Part shown: positions 52,426-64,000 of the stretch, one piece after another
How the letters are laid out: every line of letters begins with the position of its first letter
Position numbering within the stretch: the first letter of the stretch is position 1
NCBI RefSeq assembly: GCF_026571515.1
Contig: NW_026860351.1
Span: forward strand, 1 to 64,000
Source: Ruditapes philippinarum
Taxonomy: Eukaryota
Direction: 5' to 3'
DNA length: 64,000 nt
Program-made: the position numbers and the translations under genes
The notes under the pieces: generated by a model
Told to the model about the DNA's origin: nothing
Databases searched by the model: none
The model's input: only the letters and a program-made list of their open reading frames with translations

Positions 52426-53572
52426 TTTTATTTTATGCTTTTCAGTGGATTACTGATTTATCCGTGAAAATTATATTTGATAATTTCACAGTGAAAATTA
52501 TCAAAATATAATTTCACTTTTTTCAATGACGAAACTACTTTTTTAAGATTTTCCCCATGTGGTACCTCAATTCTATTTTTACTGACAATTCTGACAATAT
52601 CAGGCTGTTAAAAAAATAGCAAAGCTGAAATAGATAAATAACATAAATGTCAAAAGTAAAATAAAGAGAGAAAACTTACTTCTATTCCTTCAAATTCCAA
52701 TCACAAAATTTCGTCTCTAAATTTTTTTGTTTCGTTTTTACAGTCTGAAAAATACATTCCTACCCCATGCAAAACTGCTCTTGATGACATTTGGGCATAT
52801 TAAAGTATCCTACGAGCAATAACTGCCGTATGCTTTATGAAAAATTGAAAAGCATTGACAGCTATCACTCGTAAAATAAGTAAATCAACCCAGCGTTCCT
52901 TACAATGCCTTAGCAAACTTCCAAGTTTTCCATTTTCCTAGCTCCTTTTCTGAATGTTTTCACTTCTGTCAACACTTATTTTTTGTCTGTTACAATCCTC
53001 AAATAAGTTTTCTTTCTTTTAAAAAGGTGTATGACTAACAAATCCAAATTATATCCTTCTGTATCTTACACAATTATTTTCCTCCCATGAAATACACGAC
53101 TTTAAAAAATGGCTGCCGTTTACATTTTACAAAGCCAGGTCTAATATAAATTCGCAGTAAGTAACAGAAATATGGATGGATGGTTGGACTTTTTCTCCTA
53201 CAAGAATTGTTTGTTTTTATTATTTAAACAAGCGATCATTCATATTTTTTAATAAAATGAATAAATATCACATTCATTTAACCTCCATTGGCGGACTTAT
53301 TTTTCAGCTCAAGACTTCTTGTATTTAATGAGAAATTCCCTCTAAATGGGGCTCTCAATGGGGGAAACATATTTTAATATCAACCTTAAAATTATGGAAA
53401 TTTCGTTTTAACTTGTTTTAAAGCATAAAATAAAAAGAAAATTTGTCTGTTTGTTGTGTAAGATGTAATTTTATTTCATCTCGTGAACTTTAAAAACAGT
53501 ATACTGTTTTTAAAGCCCACTCGATGAAATAAAATTTCATCTTACACACAAACAAACAAATATCCTCTATAT
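52426..53572 (-). mobile_element. Palindromic Crypton-like non-autonomous element, same architecture as 20913-21469 in opposite orientation
   Basis: Inverted pair TTTTATTTTATGCTT (52426) / AAGCATAAAATAAAA (53421), followed by a ~125-bp hairpin ending AAACAAATATCCTCTATAT. Confidence 0.55.
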
Positions 53573-54546
53573 GTTTTAAAGTACATATATGTTATCAAGT
53601 TGCTTTAAAAGAATGATGACTAGCAGTACATGTAGATAATTTGTTTCCATTCTTATTTGAAATGACGTAGCGTTAAAATTGAAGACCTTTAGATATAAGT
53701 TTTAAATAGTTTATATGTGTCAGTATTGTTACATATATTATGTTTTTTATGCCTTTAATAAATTGTAAATAAGTTCACATATTTTCTTTAAATGCACCCA
53801 TTTACACAGTAAAATAAAGTAGAAAGGTAATTTAGTTGCTGTTTTAAGCTAGTCTAAGGCTGGGGAAAAAACTAACTTTATCATAATACACTCCATGGCA
53901 ATGATTAAATGTAATTTAAATATACCCCCCTTCCCCCCAACAGCAATCGATCTAATATAATTAGAAATATTATATGTGCTTTAATTGCCATGAAATACAT
54001 AAAACAATACCAGTGTAACTGTGTTACATCCTTGTGAAAAGTTTGAAAAGCAATATGCCACACAGAAAAAATGATACTACTTTAGAGAGGGCAGACATGA
54101 ATTATATTTTTAAATAAACTTGGGGTTTTGATGCTTGTTACCAGAAGAACGGAGTGATAATTGTAATACAATCTCCTAAAAGTAGCAGAATGTAAACAAA
54201 GTACTTGTAGACTTCAACACAGAATACTTGTTGAATAACTGTAATTGTTGCCAAAAAGCAACAAATGAAAAAGATGGTTCATTTAAATGGCAAATGAGTA
54301 ATGAGTAAGTTTATGTGTACACACCAAAATTAAAAACAATTAGGAAATTAATGCATACTGGGCCTAAAAATTCTTCTATATAATTATGAAGTACATTCAT
54401 TACATCCAAAAAATTATTCATTTACCCGAACCATCTTTTTCATACATCTGTATATTACATCTCTGAGGAAAACAAATCCCTTTCTGAGAATTTGGCAAGG
54501 TATTCATCAATTGCATTGAAATGAGTTATACTTAAAGAAATCATAC

Positions 54547-54756
54547 CTTTCAAGTTGAGATTATGCTTCTTTAACACATGACCTCGGAAACCAGATATGC
54601 TTTTCATTAAATGTTTGCATTCTGGACATTCGTACATAACTGACTGAGTATCCTCTAGTACACATACACTATCACAAAGTTCATCATAATCTGTATAATC
54701 ACCAAATCTAAATTTAAGTCATCATCATCCCATGACACAAAATCTGACTTAGACAT
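54547..54756 (-). pseudogene. Exon encoding an acidic N-terminus and a C2H2 zinc finger, frameshifted
   Basis: MSKSDFVSWDDDD../..YECPECKHLMKSISGFRGHVLKKH; GT donor at 54546; one frameshift at ~54705. Confidence 0.5.
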
Positions 54757-55042
54757 AGTGAAAGCTTAAAAGCAGAATGGTGTGAACTATTCAGTGAAAA
54801 TATAATTTTTAAAGAGAACTGATGTTGTCTTCCCTGCAACTTATAAGGACTCCATGGGGACGTTTTCTTTCAAGTGTTAAAAACCAACATCAATTAATAA
54901 TCAATTGATAAACTCGCGCTTTTGATCATAACAACAATTATTAAATGATACAACATCAATTAATAATCAATTAATAAACTCGCCCTTATGATCATAACAG
55001 CAATTATCAAATGATACAAACTTTCCAATTAATGCATATTTC

Positions 55043-55561
55043 CAGAGACACAGAGACATAGATAACAGAGATATAGGCCACTTCCTAGCCAGTTAAAATA
55101 TCATGTGTGCCTACTAAACTTAAAACTTGTAGCAAGTAAAACTTATTAACCAGATATCAAAATCAGTAAAATAATACATTTTCTGAAAGCTTATGCATTT
55201 GTCTATGGCTGCAGGTAAAAATATTTACAGTTCCCATTTAAATAAATGTTGTATCATTTTTTAAAGAGAACTACTTAATATTTTTTGTTATAAAACTATT
55301 CATATGACAAAAAACTGGCTCAGTGGGTATGTTCTGCCATGTTTTTCTAAGTGAAAGGCATGGAAAGTTACCAATATTTTAACATGCAGCCATAGATAAA
55401 AGATTTATCTTTCAAATGGTATATAATATTAAAGATCATTATTATGTACATCCATTAAGTTTTATTTGCTACAAAATGCCTAATTTTCCACTTTTTATAG
55501 GCATGAGTGATATTTCAATGGAGTATATAGGAGCTGCTTATCTCTGTTATCTATGTCTCTG
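55043..55561. mobile_element. P-superfamily-like MITE
   Basis: TIR CAGAGACATAGATAACAGAGATA / TATCTCTGTTATCTATGTCTCTG; 7-bp TSD ATATTTC on both sides; first 8 bp of the left TIR duplicated. Confidence 0.8.
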
Positions 55562-56371
55562 ATATTTCTAAAATTTCGCTGAATATTTTTCACACCATCG
55601 CCGCTTTTCAAATGAGATTATCATGCATCCAATTAACGACAGGATTAAGTAAAACAACAATACAAAAATGATTCATTATTCTTTATTACATAATTGCTTT
55701 ACAAAGATATGAAACAAACATTATTTTTTTCTTTAAAAACAAAAAGCAAAAAAAGAAAAACATTAATTATCGTCTTCAGAAGCCGCGTCCCGTGGCAACC
55801 TACGAACAGGTGCGCGCTTCAGTAATCACGCGGAAGTTTAGCGAGATTTCGGTAGTTGCGAATCTCTGTATTTTAACGTCTCTGTTGAGACTTTGTAAAC
55901 TTAGCCCATCCGGTCTCAACCCGGTACGGAAATAGACCGAACCCATTGTAGTCTAGAAAGTAGTTCTTTAAAATTTTGAAATGGCCGAATTTAAGTCATC
56001 TCTAGTTAGATTGGTCATAATTAAAGTGTATTTATTGCATGTGTGTAGTTTTTGTGTGTTATATGATGACTTTAAAAGTTGTTTTTTGTGTATTCTCCAG
56101 GAACTCATTTGTTGGTGGAAGGATTAAAGATGTACTACCCACCAGCTGTCAGGAGTTTTTAAAGTGGTGAATTTAAACAGTGTTACAACAGAATGAAGAT
56201 ATCTGAAAAAAGTAGATGGCTAACCTATTATATTTTGGGCCTCATTGGACTTAGAGATAGTGTTAACGTTTAAAGTTGAAGACAGTATATAATTCATCAA
56301 GAACAGTGGAATCCAGAATTAAGCCTCAAATTTGACTGATTTACTATAGAACAAATAGTACGAAAATTCAC

Positions 56372-56651
56372 CGGGCCGAGGCCATATCCATGATATGCTA
56401 AATGTATTCTCCGATTGACTTTTTCCATTGATCCAGAATATTGACGGATTTACAAATCTGTTATAACGTATTACTGTGGATTCAGACAAAAACCGCTGAA
56501 GCATGGACTTTACGTGCTCTTGGACGCTTGATACTAGACCGGAATATGTATATGTTTTCCAGCGTAAACGTTTGAATGTGTCAGAAATTCTGGCTGATAA
56601 GAGATAAACTACCAGAACAATGCCGATTAAAACAAAAAATTTCCGTTTCAT
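56372..56651 (-). CDS. Isolated exon encoding a type II membrane-anchor N-terminus (glycosyltransferase/Golgi enzyme-like); rest of gene not found
   Basis: Acceptor TTTCAG just upstream of the ATG; MKRKFFVLIGIVLVVYLLS; donor GTGAAT at 56371. Confidence 0.35.
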
Positions 56652-56777
56652 GATATACCTGAAATTTAAGAAGAAGAAACATAACAAAATAATTGATCAT
56701 TCGATTTAACAAAACCTAGCGTAAAGCTCGTGAAAAATTAACCGAACTCAGGGTATCTGTGCTTTGAATAGATGTAT

Positions 56778-57102
56778 TTTTGTTTGGTTTTACGTCGAGC
56801 CAATATAGTTAAGGGCATAAAGCGACCTTCCAGTATTACTTGTTGGAAGAAGACCTCAGGTGCCCCTCTGTACATTGTTCTAGGCAATCGCAACTACTCG
56901 GTCTTTTCCGCCATTCGGATAAGGAGATAATAGCCGAGGCAGTTCCGATTGTATTCTAGGTTTAGTAGAACCACCGACGTTACGTAATCTAACGGCATGG
57001 ATAGTTTTCTCTAATGAAATACATTGTTATTCAATGACGCTGGCGTGGCTGAAGCAAGGGGTTTGAAGTCAATGACCTTAACCACTCTACCACGGACGCC
57101 CC
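56778..57102 (-). mobile_element. tRNA-derived SINE
   Basis: Minus-strand head GGGGCGTCCGTGGTAGAGTGGTTAAGGTCATTGACTTCAAA (A-box), core GGGGCACCTGAGGTCTTCTTCCA, tail GACGTAAAACCAAACAAAAA. Confidence 0.75.
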
Positions 57103-58153
57103 TTTGAAACCTCTACATATATATCTTCATATATATGAGATATAGAATAACGTCTTGAAAATAAATAAAAAAAAATTAATATGCTATTCCATGTGTCGGG
57201 CATTGTCGGAGTATGATTGTAAGTAATTAATGAGTCTATGTTACTGAAATAATGAAGTTAATTACATCTTAGAACTACACATCTTTCAATGAGTACAAAA
57301 GCTTTGAGGCATTAAAGTCCACATATTGTACATTGAAAAGATGCAGCTGTATTTAATTTTCTATTCATGGCCAACAGTGTAGGGCCTACAATATGTAAAT
57401 GTATTCAAATTTCAAATTACAATGAACGATTTGAACAAGATTTATTTAATTTTCAAATATCTGTAGAAAAGGGCATAATTGTATATTGTCGTCCTAATTA
57501 TAAAGTACAACTGCATCGTATGATATATATTTATACAAAATGGTACGATAGAGTTATATACAAGCCTGCTTCTTTAAAAAGAAGCATGCGAGAGGACTTT
57601 TTGCAGCAGTGGAAGATTTGTTTAATTTGTAAATATTTGGAGTTATTTTGCATAAAAGGCACCGTGAATGTTTATAGATTAGATCTTGAATTATTTAACA
57701 AAATAGAATTTATTATATATATTGTACATATAGTATCATAATGAAAGTATACATTTGTATCTAACACTTCATGTTTTTTTAATATTTTGAAAGATTATGT
57801 GCCGGAGAACTGGACATTTTCTTGTGCATTAGGGATATTTTTTTCTACAAAGGGACAATTTATGTTATGTTAACATAAATGATTTTCGCACTACTTTCAC
57901 TGTGTACTGTTTCCAATGTTATTATGAATAAAAGCCGAGGATGATAAGTTATGCCGTATTTTGAAACGGAGCATGCGCATGACACTTTTTGTAGACTGGT
58001 CAGACCCACAGGCACGAGTATCGGACCTGGGAAGAAAATATGACCACATTGATAAAAAACCTCTGTGTTCATCTTAAATGTGTCAAAAAAATTGTGTCCC
58101 CTTAAAAATATACTATACTGTAAGTTAACTCTTAACCTATAGTACATTTTTAT

Positions 58154-59305
58154 GGGATGTACTATTCTGCGGTCAGGTCGCTTCCGGTCTCCGGTCTCTC
58201 CCGGTCTATTTTGACCGGAATTTCGAGAGACCGGCGAATAGTATCATATTTATTGGCCCTGTCAGTGCCGGTCTTCTAAAAATTATCGATCTTTCTAGAT
58301 GAAAAATGTGTTGATATAAGATTTTTTTTCGTATATAATGTATTTCGTTTCAAATTAATTGTTTTTTAATTATGTATTTTTTGTTGTTACTTATTATAAG
58401 ATTTAATCAAAGATATAAATGTAAAAGTGTATTAATTACGGGGAATGACATTAATTATTTTATGTGAGCATAAAATGTTATAAATGAAACTAAAATTATG
58501 TAGAATTTGAAATGTGTATGATTTTGATGCTCTTGTTTGTTTTTTGTAGTTGTATTGCATAAATATTTCCTTATATGAATAATACATTATCAATATCACG
58601 TCACATTGCGATTTTTTTTTACGTTTTGAAAATGATAAAATAATATATTATGTTATATTTTATGTATATAATTTATGTATTTCATTATTTATAATTGCTA
58701 ATTGTGCATAATTTTGATGTAACGTTATATAAGTTCTGTGTTGTGTAAGTAAATTATGACCAATCTTTCAATATATTTATTCAATATTCTTAGACCATTT
58801 ATTTTACTTAAAAAAAAAAACCACTTAAATAATTCATAAAATCCAATTTGTAACTTAGAATCTCTTTACTAAACGCTGATAACAAATTAAATAAAATGTT
58901 TCAAAGTTGATTGTGTCATATTAATACCATAAAATTTTCCCTTTTTATTTAATTATTGTATGTATTTATTGGTTTATCAGATATAAATAAAATGAAAAGT
59001 GTTTTTGTTATTTTTGGAATTGAAAGTTTTTGTATAATAATAATAATTAGATCTATAATAAATAAATAAATTTGAGAGATGATCTCTGTTAATTCATTAT
59101 TGCAACCAAATTAAGTGAAAACATTCAATTTTGAAAAAAAAACTTATTTTTTTGTTACGATTTCAAATAAAATATCTACTTCAAAACCGGGAGAGACCGG
59201 ACAATAAACGTGTGATACTATTCGCCGGTCTCTAGTAAATCCCGGTCAAAATAGACCGGGAGAGACCGGGATTTACCGATAGGAGACCGGAGAATAGTAC
59301 ATCCC
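58154..59305. mobile_element. Mutator/MULE-like non-autonomous element
   Basis: TIR GGGATGTACTATTCT / AGAATAGTACATCCC with ACCGG subterminal repeats; 9-bp TSD CATTTTTAT. Confidence 0.85.
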
Positions 59306-59420
59306 CATTTTTATGGGGGCAAATTTTTTTTGACACATTTAAGATGAACACAGAGGTTTATTTCATCAATGTGGTCATATTTTCTTCCCAGGTTTGATAC
59401 TCGTGTGCCTGTGGTCAGAC

Positions 59421-59668
59421 AGAATGACAGACTATTCTCTCCCTTACCAGTTCCTCTCCCTGACGGTTCTCTCCCTTACCGTTTCCTCCCCTGACGGTTC
59501 TCTCCCAAATTTGAAATATGCAGACAGTTCTCCCCCCAAATTTTATATGTTAGTTATCATTTTAGTTTTTACTTAATCTAATAATATTTTCCCCCAAAAT
59601 AGGGAGAGAATCGTCAGGGAGGAAACGTCAGGGGAGGAACTGGTAAGGGAGAGAATAGTCTGACTACC
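59421..59668. mobile_element. Small MITE (MULE-like)
   Basis: TIR CAGACTATTCTCTCCCTTACCAGTTCCTC / GAGGAACTGGTAAGGGAGAGAATAGTCTG; 8-9-bp TSD GGTCAGAC. Confidence 0.75.
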
Positions 59669-60261
59669 GGTCAGACCAACCTCTCCATTAAGTCTCTGGA
59701 TAAAAGCGACAATTTATCCAAAGTTACTTCCCTTTAATTACCGTCCACCATTTGTCGCTTTACGTTGAACAGGTAAACAGATATGATTACTAAACTCCAT
59801 TTTGTGAATTATAATTCGATTTACGTCAAAACTTTAATATTTTTTTTTTGCAAAACGATAATGTTGTTTATAACATTGTTAATTTATAACTAACAATCAT
59901 AAGTCCTATAAATATGACGCTGCTTTGAGATAGCTTTATCTGTTTATTTCTTTGCAAAGCTTGATCATCATGTATAACATGCCTGTAATCTGGTAATGTC
60001 TAATATTGGACGACTTAAATCATCAGAGCATTACCATGCAGGTAGCTTTTCAAGTACATGTACTCTATTGAGACTTGGTCAGTTGATGGTAAAACTAAAA
60101 AAATATTTTTTTTGTTTATGTAAAAATTGTTTGAAAACTAGTTTTATCATTGTAACCCTGGACATAAGTTATCTTATATCCAAGTTGTAACAGATGTCCT
60201 AATTGTGTTTAAATGTTAAAATATTTTTTATAATGTGTTTACATGTGCAGGGGCATTGACC

Positions 60262-60748
60262 TTTTCGAAAACATAGCTACACACCGTTTTCCGGTACGTT
60301 ACGAATTTAGCTCTGGGGAATTTCACCAAATGAAGTACATAACACAGTTACATGATATTTCTATTTTTCTATCATTATTTTACCGTTTAAGGTGAAAAAA
60401 ATTAATGTCTTTGAAAATTATCAATTTTCCTTGAATATCTATTACAAATTTTTTCAAAAAAATAAATTGTTCATGATGAAAATCAATAAAATTTAAACGG
60501 ACTTGGTGGAATCTTCCGTAATAAATAAGGTTATTTTTTGCGTAAACTTGTGTATCTACTTTATTTTCTGTATGGAATTATTCATACAATGATATTTAAT
60601 TATTTTCTTATAAAGAAATTACTGTTTTATTTCAATTTAATTTAAAAAAGGCCGAAAACATCGAGTTCGCTATTACACTCCATTAGGTGAATTCCCCAGA
60701 GCTATGTACAGAAAGTACCGGAAAACGGCATTTAGCTAGGTTTTCGAA
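60262..60748. mobile_element. MITE with ~80-bp imperfect TIRs
   Basis: TTCGAAAACATAGCTA..CCGTTTTCCGGTAC..TAGCTCTGGGGAATTTCACC is mirrored at 60683-60748. Confidence 0.6.
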
Positions 60749-60825
60749 TTCGCGAATTAGCCCAACAAACTGTGCACTTACGGGCTTTTTATCTATAGAT
60801 GATGATCACCTTAAGGCCTACCTCT

Positions 60826-63069
60826 GGCAATATCCGGTTATCTGTCCCCCGGGGCAGAAAAATTCTTATCTGTATTTTTATGACAGTCTTGTGGTCAGCC
60901 CTACTGATCTGGATCATTCAGGCGCTTAGAACATATCACACCCGCATGCGCAAAGAAATAAAATATTTACGTTCCATGCGCGTGCGTAGTGAGCTGTGAA
61001 AGAACAATCATCTAGCAAGGGGTTCATACAGGATTTTACATAATAAAAATCCTCTATGGAATGAACTCCTACATTTAGACAGCTAAAATCACTTCAGTAT
61101 ATCGTTCATTCCATAAAAAATAACTGACGGAATGAAGTTATACATTGATACTGCTCATATAATTTCATCATACCGTTTAAAATAGCAGATGGAATGAACT
61201 TGTACATATATACTTTTAACATCGTTTCAGTTTATTGTTCATTCCGTATTATATAGCCTAATGCATATAATTATATCGCCGATATATATACTCCGGTTAT
61301 CAGTCCCGGGGCAGATACCTACTAGGCATTCATAATGTTACTTTAATGTCAGTAAAAAAATCATTCCTTTTATGCTTATTAAGACAGTACCCCCAAAACA
61401 TTGCCAAGCCCCTTTTTTAGCTCGACTATTCGATAAGAATAAGTAGAGCTATTGCAGTCACCCGAGCGTCGGCGTCGGCGTCGGCGTAACCACTTATGTT
61501 AAAGTTTTTGTAATAGTTCAAATATTTTCAAAGTCCATTGACATATGGCTTTGAAACTTTGCACACTTGTTCACCATCATGACCCCAACCTGTAGACAGG
61601 AGGAGGTAACTCTATCAAGCATTTTGACAGAATTATGCCCCTTTTTCGACTTAGAATTTACGTTAAAGTTTTTGTAATAGTTCAAATATTTTCAAAGTCC
61701 ATTGACATATGGCTTTGAAACTTTGCACACTTGTTCACCATCATGACCCCAACCTGTAGACAGGAGGAGGTAACTCTATCAAGTATTTTGACAGAATTAT
61801 GCCCCTTTTTCGACTTAGAATTTACGTTAAAGTTTTTGTAATAGTTCAAATATTTTCAAAGTCCATTGACATATGGCTTTGAAACTTTGCACACTTGTTC
61901 ACCATCATGACCCCAACCTGTAGACAGTAGGAGGTAACTCTATCAAGCATTTTGACAGAATTATGCCCCTTTTTCGACTTAGAATTTACGTTAAAGTTTT
62001 TGTAATAGTTCAAATATTTTCAAAGTCCATAGACATATGGCTTTGAAACTTTGCACACTTGTTCAACATCATGACCCCAACCTGTAGACAGCAGGAGGTA
62101 ACTCTATTAAGCATTTTGACAGAATTATGCCCCTTTTTCGACTTAGAATTTACGTTAAAGTTTTTGTAATAGTTCAAATATTTTCAAAGTCCATTGACAT
62201 ATGGCTTTGAAACTTTGCACACTTGTTCAACATCATGACCCCAACCTGTAAACAGGAAGAGGTAACTCTATCAAGCATTTTGACAGAATTATGCCCCTTT
62301 TTCGACTTAGTATTTACGTTAAAGTTTTTGTAATAGTTCAAATATTTTCAAAGTCCATTGACATATGGCTTTGAAACTTTGCACACTTGTTCACCATCAT
62401 GACCCCAACCTGTAAACAGGAGGAGGTAACTGTATCAGGCATTTTTTTTACTATCAAGCACTAAGAATAGTCGAGCATGCTGTCCTACCGACAGCTCTTG
62501 TTAAAGCATGATGGCCCCTGAAGAAAACCCTCTTCCCGGGGAATACTTCCCCTTAAGTAGCATTTAATTATTGTTAGTAAATTATTTCGTCGCTATATAT
62601 ATACTCCGGTTTTCAGTCCCTACATGTGTGAGATTAAAATGATATTACCCATTTGGTAGCCCTTACATACCTAACTGTCTATACTACTGTATAATCACGT
62701 AACAATGAATTTATCAGTAATTTAAGTTACACGGATGACAAAATGTTCAATAACATTTTCATGAATTTTTCCAGTTTAAAATAAAGCCAAAGAAAATTAT
62801 AATAAATATTAAACATTTTGCAAGTGATAATGAAAACATTACTGAATTGATTTTATTTTATAGTGAATGAATCTTTCAAGATATGTAATGTACACATGTA
62901 CTGACATGCTTAAATGAGAAATTAATCTTGCAGAAAAGCGCCAAATTTTTAGTAAGAATTACTGCCCTAGAAGCTTCCTTCGGAGTAACCTCAACCAATG
63001 AAATTCAAGGAAAAAACCAGCGTCCACGAGATCATGATCTGCCCCGGGGGCAGATAACCGCATATTGCC
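60826..63069. mobile_element. Non-autonomous DNA transposon with GG termini and 8-bp TSD (Merlin-like), containing a nested HINE
   Basis: TIR GGCAATATCCGGTTATCTGTCCCCCGGGGCAGA / TCTGCCCCGGGGGCAGATAACCGCATATTGCC; TSD CTACCTCT on both sides. Confidence 0.8.
61413..62502 (-). mobile_element. Complete young HINE/helentron-type element with about 5.7 near-identical 164-bp tandem repeats
   Basis: Subterminal IR GCTCGACTATTC / GAATAGTCGAGC; (GGCGTC)n microsatellite; units start at 61498, 61662, 61826, 61990, 62154 and 62318; end CTCTTGTT. Confidence 0.88.
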
Positions 63070-63294
63070 CTACCTCTGTGTAATATCAGTTTTTAAAGCT
63101 GGTCGGTCTGCAGTCGAAATATTATGATTACAGGGTCATATCATGCACATGTTGGGCAGGGTCTGACTCCATAGCGTCTGCAGGGATCAATCCACTCATA
63201 TTTACTAGTAGAGATCATTGCAGGACACATACAAAATGGTAGAATGCTTGTCTGGCAGGAGCAAAAATAATAATAATGTAAAATAATGTAATAG

Positions 63295-63326
63295 CAGAGA
63301 TATACATAACATTATCTATGTCTCTG
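63295..63326. mobile_element. 32-bp P-type element remnant (probable excision footprint)
   Basis: CAGAGATATACATAACA + TTATCTATGTCTCTG are the two TIR tips of the 55043-55561 family, between perfect 7-bp TSDs GTAATAG. Confidence 0.8.
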
Positions 63327-64000
63327 GTAATAGTAAGCTAGAATTCTCATAATCAGTTTGTTTACTTTTAAGGATGGAAAACCAGAAACGAAGCTTGTAT
63401 TTTACGTTATGTTTAAATTGCGCACTTAATGCATTGTTAATTGGATATGGGTATCACTGGAATGTGCCTGACAATGCTCTTTAAAGTGACCGATTTATAC
63501 ATAACCTAAAACACAAGCTTTGTTTCCAATTTTGGTGCGGTAAATTTGTGAAAAACAAATTGTGAAAATTCTAGCGGTCGATTGCATTGACGAGGTTCTA
63601 TTGCATTAGGGAGATTTATTTTTGAAAATTGTGTCTAGAATGCAGATGAATAGCATAGCTAGCATTCAGGACGATTAAAAATTTGAAGCAACCTGTCCTG
63701 CAGTACGAGGGGCTTTGAAAAAAAATTGATCCTTGGTCTGTGGTAGCATTTTACAGGTAACATTTGGTAATTTGGATAGGATAAGTTCTCCTATTATGCT
63801 ATAACAGAGATTGAAATTCTAATAACAATTAATAAGGAAACAGTAAAATAATTTACGATGTAAAAATTATAACAGTAATTCCCAATTGATCTTGAAAACA
63901 TAGGGTATCGAGTTTTGAAATACCCAATCAAATGGAGCCATTTTATTATACTCAATTACAAAGGAAATGATGGAGTAATACCCAATTCACTTTTAAAGCT

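Larger units (their letters stand above)
57991..59685. mobile_element. Foldback MITE (~130-bp arms) carrying two nested insertions
   Basis: GGTCAGACCCACAGGCACGAGTATC..TTAAATGTGTCAAAAAAATT (57998-58093) is mirrored at 59320-59420. Confidence 0.7.

Noticed and set aside
61498-62430. Regular repeats resembling a CRISPR array
   Set aside because: Contiguous 164-bp tandem units with no unique spacers, in eukaryotic context and with no cas genes.

Overview
AT-rich, intron-containing animal genomic DNA, most likely a bivalve mollusc. That assignment is an inference from the HSPA12 gene, the NACHT/NLR-like gene, HINE/helentron satellite-carrying elements and a tRNA-derived SINE. Host genes are all on the minus strand: a disrupted NACHT/NLR-like gene (6063-8650), a two-exon Golgi alpha-mannosidase II (GH38)-like gene (32968-36739) and an 8-exon HSP70-12 (HSPA12) gene (40986-46184). 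About 12.8-30.6 kb is an accessory island. It holds a large inverted duplication (arms 12782-17774 and 23104-27496) whose spacer carries an intronless death-domain-like ORF and an assembly gap. The island ends in what looks like the terminal remnant of a Polinton/Maverick-type endogenous virus: an ACTACT end, 31- and 42-bp TIR subrepeats, and a small two-TM protein overlapping the next ORF by TAATG. The rest is a dense, often nested set of non-autonomous transposons with readable TIRs and TSDs (pogo/Tigger, Chapaev-like, Kolobok, P, MULE, Merlin-like, helentron/HINE, Crypton-like palindromes). There is also a decayed P/THAP9-like transposase and a 32-bp probable P-type excision footprint. Family assignments rest on motif recognition by eye; no database searches were run.
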